From the NCBI GenBank assembly GCA_012799455.1, contig JAAZLE010000096.1, positions 15,479 through 79,478 of the forward strand: DNA of 64,000 nucleotides. Direction: 5' to 3'. Of the stretch, positions 48,024 through 57,900 are shown piece by piece. The notes below the pieces were generated by a model. It saw only the letters and a list, made by a program, of their open reading frames with translations. It did no database searches and was not told where the DNA came from. Both the position numbers and the translations under genes were made by a program. This DNA is from Clostridiales bacterium. GTDB taxonomy: Bacteria > Bacillota > Clostridia > Christensenellales > DTU072. Within the stretch, counting starts at the first letter, position 1. Every line of letters starts with the position of its first letter.

Positions 48024-50354
48024 TTAGCTTACGACTAGTTTAAAAGACTCAATTATATCTCCTTCTATAAAATCATGGAAATCTTTCAATCCAATACCGC
48101 ATTCGAAACCTGCTATAACTTCTTTAACATCATCCTTTAGGCGTTTTAGTGAGGAAATAGTTGTGTCTGAAATAACTATATTGTTTCTAATTACTCTAAC
48201 ATTTGCATTTCTAACTATTTTTCCATCTTTTACCATCGATCCTGCAATTTGTCCTAGATTAGGTATTTTATAAACAACTCGAACCTCAGCTTTTCCAAGA
48301 TATTCTTCTCTATACACGGGTTTGAGCATTCCTTTGATTGCATTTGTAATATCATCTATAGCATCATATATAATCCTATACAATCTAATGTCTACATTTC
48401 TGCTATCAGCAGCCACTCTGGCTTTTGCGTCTGGTCTGACATTAAAGCCAATGATAGCAGCGTCGACAGTATTTGCTAACAAAACATCGCTTTCACTAAT
48501 TGCACCAGGGACAGCTGAAATAATATTAACCTTTACTTCATCATTAGATAATTGCTCTAAACTTTCTTTCAGTGCTTCTACAGATCCTTGAACATCGCCT
48601 TTGATAATTAAATTTAATGATTTAATTTCCCCTTGTTGTAAGTTCTTATGGAAATCATCTAATGTAAAAGTTTTTTTGGAAATCATGCTTAATTTTTCTT
48701 TTGCAATTCGCTCTTCAGCTACTTCTTTTGTTAGTTTTTCATCGTCAGTTGCTAGCAAGTTATCACCTGTATTTGGGACCTCTTTTAAACCTAAAATTGT
48801 AACTGCAGATGAGGGCCCAGCTTTAGTGACAAGTTTTCCTTTCTCATCTTCCATCGCACGTATTCTACCCACAGCGGTTCCTGCCACAATAAAATCACTA
48901 ACTTTAAGCGTTCCATTTTGAACTATAACTGTCGCTATAGGGCCGCGTTGCGGATCTAGTCGCGATTCTAAAATAGTACCTCTGCCTTTTCTGTTGGGAT
49001 TTGCTTTTAGCTCCATTATTTCGGAAGTAACAATGATTGTTTCTAATAAACTGTCAATGCCCTCTCCAGTTTTTGCAGAAACTCTTATACAAGGAATATC
49101 TCCGCCCCATTCCTCGGGGATAAGCCCTTGTTCAGAAATCTGAGTTAATGTTCTGTCTATGTCAATATCTCTCTTATCTATTTTGTTAATCGCTACTATC
49201 ATAGTAACACCCGCTGCTTTACTGTGATTAATAGCTTCTATAGTTTGAGGCATTATTCCATCATCTGCTGCCACTACAATTATGACAATATCCGTTAAAT
49301 TTGCACCTCTTTCTCTCATAGCAGTGAATGCAGCATGCCCAGGCGTATCAATAAATGTTATTTTGCCAGTTTTTGTTTTGACAGAATACCCACCAATATG
49401 TTGTGTAATTCCACCAGCCTCTCCTTTAGCCACATGTGCTTTCCTAATATAATCTAATATTGATGTTTTGCCATGATCAACATGTCCCATTATTGTTACG
49501 ATCGGAGGTCTGGGTTGCAAATCCTTTTCATTATCTTCTTCTAGATCATGAAATGCTTCCATTTTTTCCTCGGATGTTTGGGCTGTTTGTAATTCTAAAG
49601 TGACACCTAATTCTCCAGCTACTAGTTCAGCAACATCAAAGTCAATCGTCTCATTAATAGTTTTTTGAACGCCTAGAACTAACAATTGTTTCATTATCTC
49701 AGTACTTGTTATTCCAATTTTTTCGGAGAGCTCTCTAATCGATAATATGGGCTTATCTATAATTGCGTGATCAATAATTTTAACTTCAGATATATTGAAC
49801 TTATTCTTCTTTTTAGGACCAGTTTTTTTGGTTTTTATTTTAACAAAATCATCTTCTTGATCGTAATCAAAATGTTTTACTCGATAAGTATTAGTTTTAG
49901 CTTTAGGTTTGGAAATCTGGACCTCATCGTCTATATCCCCTTTGCGCATCTTGGGTTTTGGTGTTGGTTTTCCGGGTTTAGGAAGTGGCGATGGTGGTGG
50001 GTTTATTATGAACACATCCTGAGGTATAGGATCTGGATTTTGAGTTTTATATGATGGTTTTGGCTCTGGGGTGGAAATATAAATTATTTCTTCAGAAGCG
50101 AGCGGCTCATTTTGTTCAGTTTCGGTATTAATTATAGTAGTGTCTATAGGTGCTGTATCAACAGATATAATTGTTTCATCAGCAATTGTCGCTGCAAGTT
50201 TTTCTTCTAAACTGGCACGCTTACTGTAAAAAGATTTTCTGATTATTTCTATTTGTTCTTTTAAGTTTTGAATACTATCATGCATTCTGATGGAAATTTG
50301 GTGAATTTCATCAATCGTTAATTTTTTCTCTTGTGTTTTCTTTTCTGTGTTCAT
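48024..50354 (-). CDS. infB: Translation initiation factor IF-2
   Basis: G domain GHVDHGKTS, DTPGH and NKID motifs. Pro-rich N-terminal region. The ATG at 50354 is preceded by GAAGGAG; the ORF-track TTG at 50369 is part of that SD. Confidence 0.96.
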   Translation of the reverse strand: MNTEKKTQEKKLTIDEIHQISIRMHDSIQNLKEQIEIIRKSFYSKRASLEEKLAATIADETIISVDTAPIDTTIINTETEQNEPLASEEIIYISTPEPKPSYKTQNPDPIPQDVFIINPPPSPLPKPGKPTPKPKMRKGDIDDEVQISKPKAKTNTYRVKHFDYDQEDDFVKIKTKKTGPKKKNKFNISEVKIIDHAIIDKPILSIRELSEKIGITSTEIMKQLLVLGVQKTINETIDFDVAELVAGELGVTLELQTAQTSEEKMEAFHDLEEDNEKDLQPRPPIVTIMGHVDHGKTSILDYIRKAHVAKGEAGGITQHIGGYSVKTKTGKITFIDTPGHAAFTAMRERGANLTDIVIIVVAADDGIMPQTIEAINHSKAAGVTMIVAINKIDKRDIDIDRTLTQISEQGLIPEEWGGDIPCIRVSAKTGEGIDSLLETIIVTSEIMELKANPNRKGRGTILESRLDPQRGPIATVIVQNGTLKVSDFIVAGTAVGRIRAMEDEKGKLVTKAGPSSAVTILGLKEVPNTGDNLLATDDEKLTKEVAEERIAKEKLSMISKKTFTLDDFHKNLQQGEIKSLNLIIKGDVQGSVEALKESLEQLSNDEVKVNIISAVPGAISESDVLLANTVDAAIIGFNVRPDAKARVAADSRNVDIRLYRIIYDAIDDITNAIKGMLKPVYREEYLGKAEVRVVYKIPNLGQIAGSMVKDGKIVRNANVRVIRNNIVISDTTISSLKRLKDDVKEVIAGFECGIGLKDFHDFIEGDIIESFKLVVS

Positions 50355-50685
50355 TAACTTCTCCTTCAAAATTAGATATTAAATAAATAATTCTCTTTGT
50401 CATTTCTGAATTTGTGACTCCTAAAACATTTATATTCGCTTTTAACATTAACATTTTAAAATTATCGATGAGGAATAAAACGTATTTTTTTGATTCACTT
50501 AGCTTTTTTAATTTATTAATTGTTCGTTCAGATAAAGACGCATTAGCAAGTATTAATAATTCATGTTTTTTATAATTTAAAACGCTATCGTATCCAATAA
50601 CTGTTGCTCTTGATCGGATTGCAAAACCGATAATTTTACAAATTTCTAACGAGCTCGTTTCTGATAGTTTTACAGTTTTCATCAT
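50311..50685 (-). CDS. ylxQ: L7Ae-family K-turn-binding protein YlxQ
   Basis: KIIGFAIRSRATVIGYDSV matches the YlxQ/L7Ae N-terminal pattern. Conserved nusA-ylxR-ylxQ-infB order. It overlaps both the ylxR 3' end and the infB 5' end. Confidence 0.8.
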   Translation of the reverse strand: MMKTVKLSETSSLEICKIIGFAIRSRATVIGYDSVLNYKKHELLILANASLSERTINKLKKLSESKKYVLFLIDNFKMLMLKANINVLGVTNSEMTKRIIYLISNFEGEVNEHRKENTREKIND

Positions 50686-50893
50686 CAATCTTACACTTGA
50701 ATGCTTTTTGGAGACATATAGATTCAGTCCCTTTGCTTATGCATTGAGCATTATTACATAAATATGCACCTCTACCTGGTTTAATTTTATCTTTATCTAT
50801 TTCAATTACATTATTTTTATTCTTCACAAGCTTAATTAGTTTTAGTTTGTCTAGTTTAATTCTACAAGCTATACACATTCTCGTATTCTTCAT
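50636..50893 (-). CDS. ylxR: YlxR (DUF448) RNA-binding protein
   Basis: 85 aa with the MCIACR...GRGAYLC motif pair typical of YlxR. Downstream of nusA. Confidence 0.85.
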   Translation of the reverse strand: MKNTRMCIACRIKLDKLKLIKLVKNKNNVIEIDKDKIKPGRGAYLCNNAQCISKGTESICLQKAFKCKIDDENCKTIRNELVRNL

Positions 50894-50931
50894 TGCTTTA
50901 TTCTTTTACAAATCATTTCGTGTTATTACTA

Positions 50932-52041
50932 TCAATTAAATTTGTTGTGAACATTTAGCTCTTTATCAAGTTCAATTTTTTCTTCTAGATTAGCAACTAT
51001 ATCGCTATATGCTTTAACATCAATTTTATAGCCAGTTAATTGCATTGCAAGTTTTGCGTTTTGTCCACGTTTACCAATGGCTAGAGATAGTTTATCATCC
51101 GGCACCACAACTTTAGCAGTGTTTTCTACTTGATTAAGTTTTACCATAATAACTTTTACATGACCTAATGCTCGGGTTATATATTCTGTTGGATCGTTTG
51201 AATACAATATTACGTCTACCTTTTCACCATTTAACTCAGATACTATAGCATTAACCCTAACTCCTTTTTGACCAATGCAAGCTCCTGTGCTGTCTACGTT
51301 AGGATCATCGCTATAAACCGCGATTTTAGTTCTTGTGCCAGCATCTCTCACTATGTTTTTGATTTTTACTAAATTTGAACGAATTTCGGGGACTTCAATT
51401 TCAAAAAGTTTTCTAACAAAACCAGCATCACTTCTACTCACAATTACTTGTTGTTGGCCTCTATTGTTAATTTTAACCTTTTTTACATAAACTTTAATTT
51501 TATCACCTACAGAAAGCTTCTCACCATAGACTTGATCGCGTTTAGGCATTATTGCCTCAGTTTGCGTTCCAACAATTTCGACAAAAGCAGCAGTTGATTC
51601 GACTCGTCTTACAATCGCTTGGACTAACTCTCCTTCTCTTTTACTCATTTCCTCATGAGCTAATTCTTTTCTTGCATCATTTAATCTTTGTAAAACTACT
51701 TGAGTTGCAGTTTGAGCCGCGATTCTAGAAACATCCCCAGCAGGGACATCTTCTCCGATAATATCACCTACCTTTGCATCGTTTTTGATTTTAAGTGCAT
51801 CTTCTAAGGAAATTTCATATTTATCGATTTCTGCCTCATCTTCTACGACAGTTTTATATGCAAAATATCTAAGCTCACCTTTTTCTGGATTCATTTTAAT
51901 TGCTATTGCGCGACTTTCACCAGTTTCTTTTTTTAAAGCAGCAGCTATTCCTGCTTCTATAGATGAGATTATTAGCTCTTTATCTAATTTAGATGATTTT
52001 TCTAATTCTTCAAGCGCTAAGAAAAAGTCAAAGTTATTCAT
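50932..52041 (-). CDS. nusA: Transcription termination/antitermination factor NusA
   Basis: 369 aa. N-terminal domain, S1 domain (GELVQAIVRRVESTAAFVEI) and two KH domains (ACIGQKGVRV, AIGKRGQNAKLA). Confidence 0.96.
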   Translation of the reverse strand: MNNFDFFLALEELEKSSKLDKELIISSIEAGIAAALKKETGESRAIAIKMNPEKGELRYFAYKTVVEDEAEIDKYEISLEDALKIKNDAKVGDIIGEDVPAGDVSRIAAQTATQVVLQRLNDARKELAHEEMSKREGELVQAIVRRVESTAAFVEIVGTQTEAIMPKRDQVYGEKLSVGDKIKVYVKKVKINNRGQQQVIVSRSDAGFVRKLFEIEVPEIRSNLVKIKNIVRDAGTRTKIAVYSDDPNVDSTGACIGQKGVRVNAIVSELNGEKVDVILYSNDPTEYITRALGHVKVIMVKLNQVENTAKVVVPDDKLSLAIGKRGQNAKLAMQLTGYKIDVKAYSDIVANLEEKIELDKELNVHNKFN

Positions 52042-52056
52042 TTTATTCCTCCGATT

Positions 52057-52530
52057 TTATTTAAATTTAATATGTTTTAGTAGAGAAGTTACATTATCTC
52101 TATATATTTCTATAGTTTTACCGTTGCGTAATAGTTCTAAATTAAAAGCATTTTTGGAATAAGAAATAATTTTACCAGTAAAAAAATTGCCTTTTAATCC
52201 TTTTTGAGCAACTTTTACATCTACTACTTCATTAATATTGCGCCTATAATCATCGTCAGTAACAATTTGTCGATCTAATCCAGGTGAAGAAATATTTAAA
52301 ACATACGATTTTCCGTTTGAAATATCAACCTCATCTAATAAAGGACCCACTAAGTCATTAACTTTTACGCAGTCATCAAGTGTTATGCCGTTAAAAGAGA
52401 AAATATATATTGTTAAATGTGTTTCATTAGTGTTTTGGGTGTTGCAATTAACTTCAACAACCTCGTAACCTAAGTTTTCTATAGGTTCTCTAACTATATC
52501 CATAACGAGTTCAGCCATTTTTTTATGCAT
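52057..52530 (-). CDS. rimP: Ribosome maturation factor RimP
   Basis: LGYEVVEV...LNISSPGLDR motifs. The ATG at 52530 (MHKKMAEL) is preceded by AAGGGA; the longer ORF-track start runs through the upstream hairpin. Confidence 0.9.
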   Translation of the reverse strand: MHKKMAELVMDIVREPIENLGYEVVEVNCNTQNTNETHLTIYIFSFNGITLDDCVKVNDLVGPLLDEVDISNGKSYVLNISSPGLDRQIVTDDDYRRNINEVVDVKVAQKGLKGNFFTGKIISYSKNAFNLELLRNGKTIEIYRDNVTSLLKHIKFK

Positions 52531-52551
52531 AATATTTCCCTTATAATGATA

Positions 52552-52573
52552 AGAGTGGTCCTTGGACCACTCT
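52552..52573 (-). promoter_or_regulatory. GC-rich hairpin in the rimP-nusA-infB leader (candidate attenuator/terminator)
   Basis: AGAGTGGTCC (52552-52561), TT, GGACCACTCT (52564-52573). On the - strand it is followed by TATCATTAT and then the rimP SD. Confidence 0.35.
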
Positions 52574-52679
52574 AACAAGCAAAAATAATTCTAAGTCTAT
52601 GTTAGCACCTTTTTTAGGTTTATGCAAGCATTTAGATGTGTGTTACACAATACATGAATATTGTATTACAACGTTATAT

Positions 52680-53618
52680 TTAACAAGATATTTTCTTAAT
52701 GAAATCCTTAAAATCCTGTGGTATGTCAGAGTTAAAAGATATTGTTTTATTTGTTGTTGGATGTATAAACTCTAAAAAAGAAGCATGGAGTAACTGTCCT
52801 GATAGTTTAGAAGCATTAGAGCCCCCGTATTGTTTATCGCCAACAATAGGATGATGCATATAACTTGCATGTACTCTAATTTGGTGGGTTCTACCAGTAA
52901 TTAGAGTAAATTCAACGAGCGAAAACCTATTAAATTTATCAATTACTTTAAATTGAGTTTTAGCAATTTTACCATTATGAACTACTGTCATTTTTTTTCT
53001 ATTTTTTGGACATCTACCAATCGGCGCAACTATTTCTCCCTCATCTTCTTTCAAAACTCCATCAAGAAGTGCAATGTATTTCTTTTTAACAATACGCTTA
53101 GAAAACTGGTTAGCTATCTTTATGTGTGCATTATTGTTTTTTGCAACAACCATAAGACCTGTTGTGTTTTTGTCTAACCTATGAACTATTCCTGGTCTAA
53201 TCTCTCCATTAATTGAGGAAAGATCTTTGAGGTGATACATTAAAGCATTAACTATTGTGCCTGAATAATTGCCTGCAGCAGGATGCGTTGCGATACCTCT
53301 GTGTTTATTAATGACTGCAATGTCAGAATCCTGATAAACGATATTTAAGGGAATTTCCTGAGGTTCTGTAGACATAACCTGTGCTGGGGGAATCTTTATA
53401 TTTATAACATCACTTTCTCTTAATAGAGTGGATGGTTTATAAATCTCCTTGCCGTTTTTAAAAACATTTCCACTAGATATAAGTTTTTGTATGGCACTTC
53501 GTGTATATGGAATGTTATCTAACTCCTTATATTCAAGAGTCGACAGAGCGCGACTAATATATATATCAGCCCTTTCGCTCTTTATACCTTCTTCTATAAT
53601 TAAGTCTATCTTTTTCAT
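52680..53618 (-). CDS. rluD: RluA-family 23S rRNA pseudouridine synthase RluD
   Basis: S4-like N-terminus and catalytic HRLDKNTTGLMVVAK. Conserved lspA-rluD pairing. ATG at 53618. Confidence 0.9.
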   Translation of the reverse strand: MKKIDLIIEEGIKSERADIYISRALSTLEYKELDNIPYTRSAIQKLISSGNVFKNGKEIYKPSTLLRESDVINIKIPPAQVMSTEPQEIPLNIVYQDSDIAVINKHRGIATHPAAGNYSGTIVNALMYHLKDLSSINGEIRPGIVHRLDKNTTGLMVVAKNNNAHIKIANQFSKRIVKKKYIALLDGVLKEDEGEIVAPIGRCPKNRKKMTVVHNGKIAKTQFKVIDKFNRFSLVEFTLITGRTHQIRVHASYMHHPIVGDKQYGGSNASKLSGQLLHASFLEFIHPTTNKTISFNSDIPQDFKDFIKKISC

Positions 53619-53648
53619 AAAAAACAAAAATTATAAATTAAGTTGATA

Positions 53649-54146
53649 CTATTTATTCTTTTTACAATCTTTTACATAATAAATAATAACATATATGATT
53701 ATGAGAACACAGCCAATAGTCAAACAAGAATCTGCAATATTAAAAACTGGAAAATCAATTAGTTCAAAATAAATAAAATCCCTAACATGTCCAAGTAAAA
53801 ACCTATCTACGATATTTCCAATCCCTCCAGCTACAATTAAAATTAATCCAAACCTAAAAGTCTTATCTTTAAGTTTTGTTAGACTAAACATTTGAATAAT
53901 GAACACTACTATTATTATTATTAGCGATATTATTGCTAAAATTATTGCATTTCCTTTAAAAATGCCAAAAGATGCACCTGTATTCTGAACTGCAGTAAAC
54001 TTCAGAATATTATTAATTAATACAATATCTGGCGCTCCTGCGTTAATGGGTTCGTAGATAAAGGTTTTTGTTAATAGATCAACAGAGACAAAAACTAATA
54101 TCAATAAAACTTCAACAATTATGGTTAAAATAGTTTTTCTTTTCAT
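53649..54146 (-). CDS. lspA: Lipoprotein signal peptidase (signal peptidase II)
   Basis: 165 aa with four TM helices. NTGASFG and IVDR...DFIYF...FNIAD motifs. Confidence 0.93.
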   Translation of the reverse strand: MKRKTILTIIVEVLLILVFVSVDLLTKTFIYEPINAGAPDIVLINNILKFTAVQNTGASFGIFKGNAIILAIISLIIIIVVFIIQMFSLTKLKDKTFRFGLILIVAGGIGNIVDRFLLGHVRDFIYFELIDFPVFNIADSCLTIGCVLIIIYVIIYYVKDCKKNK

Positions 54147-54183
54147 AATTATTCGCGTAACTACCTTGCAATTTTTCTAAATG

Positions 54184-54849
54184 CTATTCTTCAAATATCA
54201 CTCTTCCTAATCTTATCATGTTTGCACCCTCTAATATAGCATCTAAATAGTCATTCGACATACCCATAGATAAATGTTCTATGTTAAAATCTACTTGACG
54301 AAGGGTATCATATAAAATTTTAGCCTCTTTAAAATACTCTCTTCGTATATTGGTAAGAAGAGGAGTAACTAGCATGAGACCTTTTACAGTAATGTGTGAA
54401 TAATTTTTGACTCTGGAGTAAAAATCATAAACATTATCGAAATTAAGACCCGCCTTATTGTCTTCCTGCCCTGCATTAATTTGCAAAAGTATTTCTTGTT
54501 TCGTCGAGTTTATTATACAAAGACGTTCTATCTCATCACAAATTTTAATGTCGCATACGCTTTGAATAGTTTTTGCCTTGCCTACTAAATATTTAACTTT
54601 ATTCCGTTGTATTTGACCAATAAAATCCCATATTTCATCATTAGTGAATTTATCTCTAAAGCTTTGTGCTCTATTTTCAGCGAGTCTTACATTTTCAAAA
54701 AGGGACGCAGCATATTTAGCTTCATCAACAGAGCGGTTTTTTGTGGCTAAAACTACTGTAATGCTAGATGGATCATTACAATTATTTTCAATATTTTTAA
54801 TGACTGCTTGGGCATTTCTAGTAATTATCTTTTTGTACATAAGTTCCAT
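54184..54849 (-). CDS. yggS: YggS-family pyridoxal-phosphate homeostasis protein
   Basis: 221 aa alanine-racemase-N-type fold: VVLATKNRS (PLP Lys), IGQIQRNKVKY and HLSMGMSNDY motifs. Confidence 0.88.
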   Translation of the reverse strand: MELMYKKIITRNAQAVIKNIENNCNDPSSITVVLATKNRSVDEAKYAASLFENVRLAENRAQSFRDKFTNDEIWDFIGQIQRNKVKYLVGKAKTIQSVCDIKICDEIERLCIINSTKQEILLQINAGQEDNKAGLNFDNVYDFYSRVKNYSHITVKGLMLVTPLLTNIRREYFKEAKILYDTLRQVDFNIEHLSMGMSNDYLDAILEGANMIRLGRVIFEE

Positions 54850-54913
54850 TAGTATATTATATTGTTCTATTGCTAATTTATCTAGTATTTATAAGGGAAT
54901 TAGTATATAGATT

Positions 54914-57900
54914 TTAATTAGATAAATAAAGCTTCCAAATATTATGATTTGTATAATAATCTTTTTTGTCTCTAGATATTAAAATATTTAACTTGCGGTA
55001 ATCGCACCCAGTTAACGAACAACCATTAAAAACGTGGTTGTAGACTTTAACTTCGTTTATGTTGTCATATAAGTTAATTGTAATGTTAGATTCACCATCC
55101 CAATACAAGGAATTATTACCAAGTTCTTTGAGCGAAGTAAACATATAATTTACAATATTTTTCGTATTGTCAAAGGCACAATCTTCGATAAATAATCCTG
55201 ATAATGAATTGATATTAGTAAAATTAGCGGTATTATCCATTGGTCTATCAGTTTCAGCATAAATTCTTGTAAGATTTATCATAGAGGCAAATGAAAACTT
55301 TCCTATTTTAACTAACTTACCTCTTCCTTTAAACATAATTTCGTTTAAAAAAGGTACATCATAGAAGGCAAAATCATCAATTTTTATAACAGTTATTGGT
55401 ACTTCGTATAAACTTGAATTAACTGCTCCTGCAGGATATGAAACTAGCGTTTGCTTGTTTTTATCAAATAAAACACCGTTGTCTTGACTAAATACAGGAT
55501 TCTCATTGGACACGATATATAATTCATTTTTATTGAGACCTAATAATGCAGTTGAGTTTAAATATGTTACCGAACTTAAATCAAGCGATGTTATTTGTAA
55601 GTTGGAAAGAGAGTATGGAGCAAGTTCTTTAATGTTAGCTAAATCAATACCTTTAATTATGTCTTGTTTATTTATAAACGAATTTTTACCCAAATAATCA
55701 ACGATTCTGTAATTAACCCCATCTTCACTATGATCTTTAGGAATGCTTATATAAACATCGTTGGAGGTCCAGTTATATACACCATATGTGCCAGTAGGTT
55801 GCTTAAATAATATACATTTATTTTTATTATCTTTGAAAAGGCCATATTTAAAAAGGTAATAATCCTCACTTGGAATACCATCTATTGAAACTATGATATA
55901 GTTATCTATTATGTCAGTTTTTATATATTTATTTGAATAGCGGTATTTAAAATATTTATCTAAGACTTGAGCTGTATTGTTTAACAAATTAAGCTTATTT
56001 AAGTTAATTATATAAAACTTGTTTCCCCAGTTTGTTTGTCCATATATCACAATTTCCATGTGTTTAAATAAAGGACTAATTTCAATGTTTTCTACTTCTT
56101 CAAAATGTTCAGTTAGTGCTAAATAATTATTTAAATAGCTTAAAAATACACCATATTCAGTATACAACTCTTTAGCACATTTTAAGTACCTATTAATCAA
56201 TGAGAAGCTTGTAAATACTATTGGAACAAATTCCGGAATTATTGTAACATCATAATTTTTCATAATAAAATTATCCGAAATATATTCTCCATCGTCATTT
56301 AGCGAAGATGTCTTATGCAGTTTTAAACTTTTAAGTTTAAATCCTTTATTTTCAGATATTTTTAATTTAACTAACTTGCCTGGACTGTACGAGGTTGAGA
56401 TTACACTAACTTCTCCATAGTTGTTATCATTATTTATATTAATTCTGTATAAAATCGCATTTGATTTATTAGGAATTTTATCGTAGTAAAGATTGATAAT
56501 TGGCATGTTCTCGGGTATTACAAATTCCTGATTAATAATTTCTGTATCATTGTATCGTAATTGTGATACTGTGTACATGTTAGACTCGCCCCTATTGATT
56601 ATATTAATTTTTATACTTTCTCCTTCAAATGTAATTGCTTTATCTGGATATATAGAAAAATAACTATCTTCATGAGCATTAATAATTACTATTGGTTTAA
56701 AAAATGCATCAATAATTATATTACTGTTTTTCATTAAAAAACTAATATTAGTTTGAGTAAAATACTTATTAATATTTTTGTCCTTTTCATAAGATATCAA
56801 AACATCTTCTTCATAATTGGGTCCATGTTTAATTATCAAACTGAATAAACCAAAACCTTCTGCAGGGATAATTTCCAATTTAATTACTTCATTTAGCCGT
56901 GCTGTTTTAATATTTGATTCTATATAACCATCACCAATTTGATTGATTGTAATACTATACTCATTTGTAGACGTAATATGTTTTGGCATTGCTCTAATTT
57001 CTATATCAAAATTAGGCATATAAAATGAACTGGAAAAATCACTTATTCCATCTAATTCAATATCATACTCCTCATATAACTCACTACATAAATTAATATA
57101 TTTAAATTCTACACTATCTGGCGCTAGTGACCCTATGTTTTCTAATTGTAGTTTAATTAATTCCCCTTCCGTTGCATAGCTATGTGAAACTGAAGGTTTT
57201 GGAGAGTATGTGTCTGACACAGTTATTGTATATATACGAGGAGAAAGTGTTATAGTTAAAACAGAGTCTTGTTTAGGCATAACTAAACTATCCCCCGATA
57301 CAAAAACACCATTTAATAACATGTTGTTAATTGTAACCTTATTTAGTGAGGAAAGGTTTAAATTTATAATCTCTCCTTCATAAAACGTAGATTCTTTTTT
57401 TGACGTGGGAATTATTATATCTGTTATAAGCCCTGTTGAGTCTTTTACTTGAATAATTAAGTTAAATAATTTATCTTTATTTATGGGGTTTACAATAGGC
57501 TTTAATATAACGTCTTCCTCGGGCATTACAAAACCTTCTTTTTCTGTACAAATACAGTTATTAATCATTATTTGATCACATATGAACCCTTCGTCACATA
57601 TAACTTCTATGGGTACATATTCACCTGCACTTGCTTGAGTAAATGCAGTTTTTAATTGAGCATTTATTACTTCATCAATAGTAATATCATATTTAATATT
57701 ATAATTAATCTTTATAACTTCAGCGGCCAAAACAACGGGGTTTGCGGGCATTATAAAAAAATCTAAAATATTTTCATCTGGTTTCGATAGGTCATAAATC
57801 TTTTTTACGTAATAACCTAAAGTTGGCAAAGCATCAATATAAATCTGTTCACCTTTTCTAGCAGATTCTTTGCTAATATTTATAGCAACATTTTCTTGTT

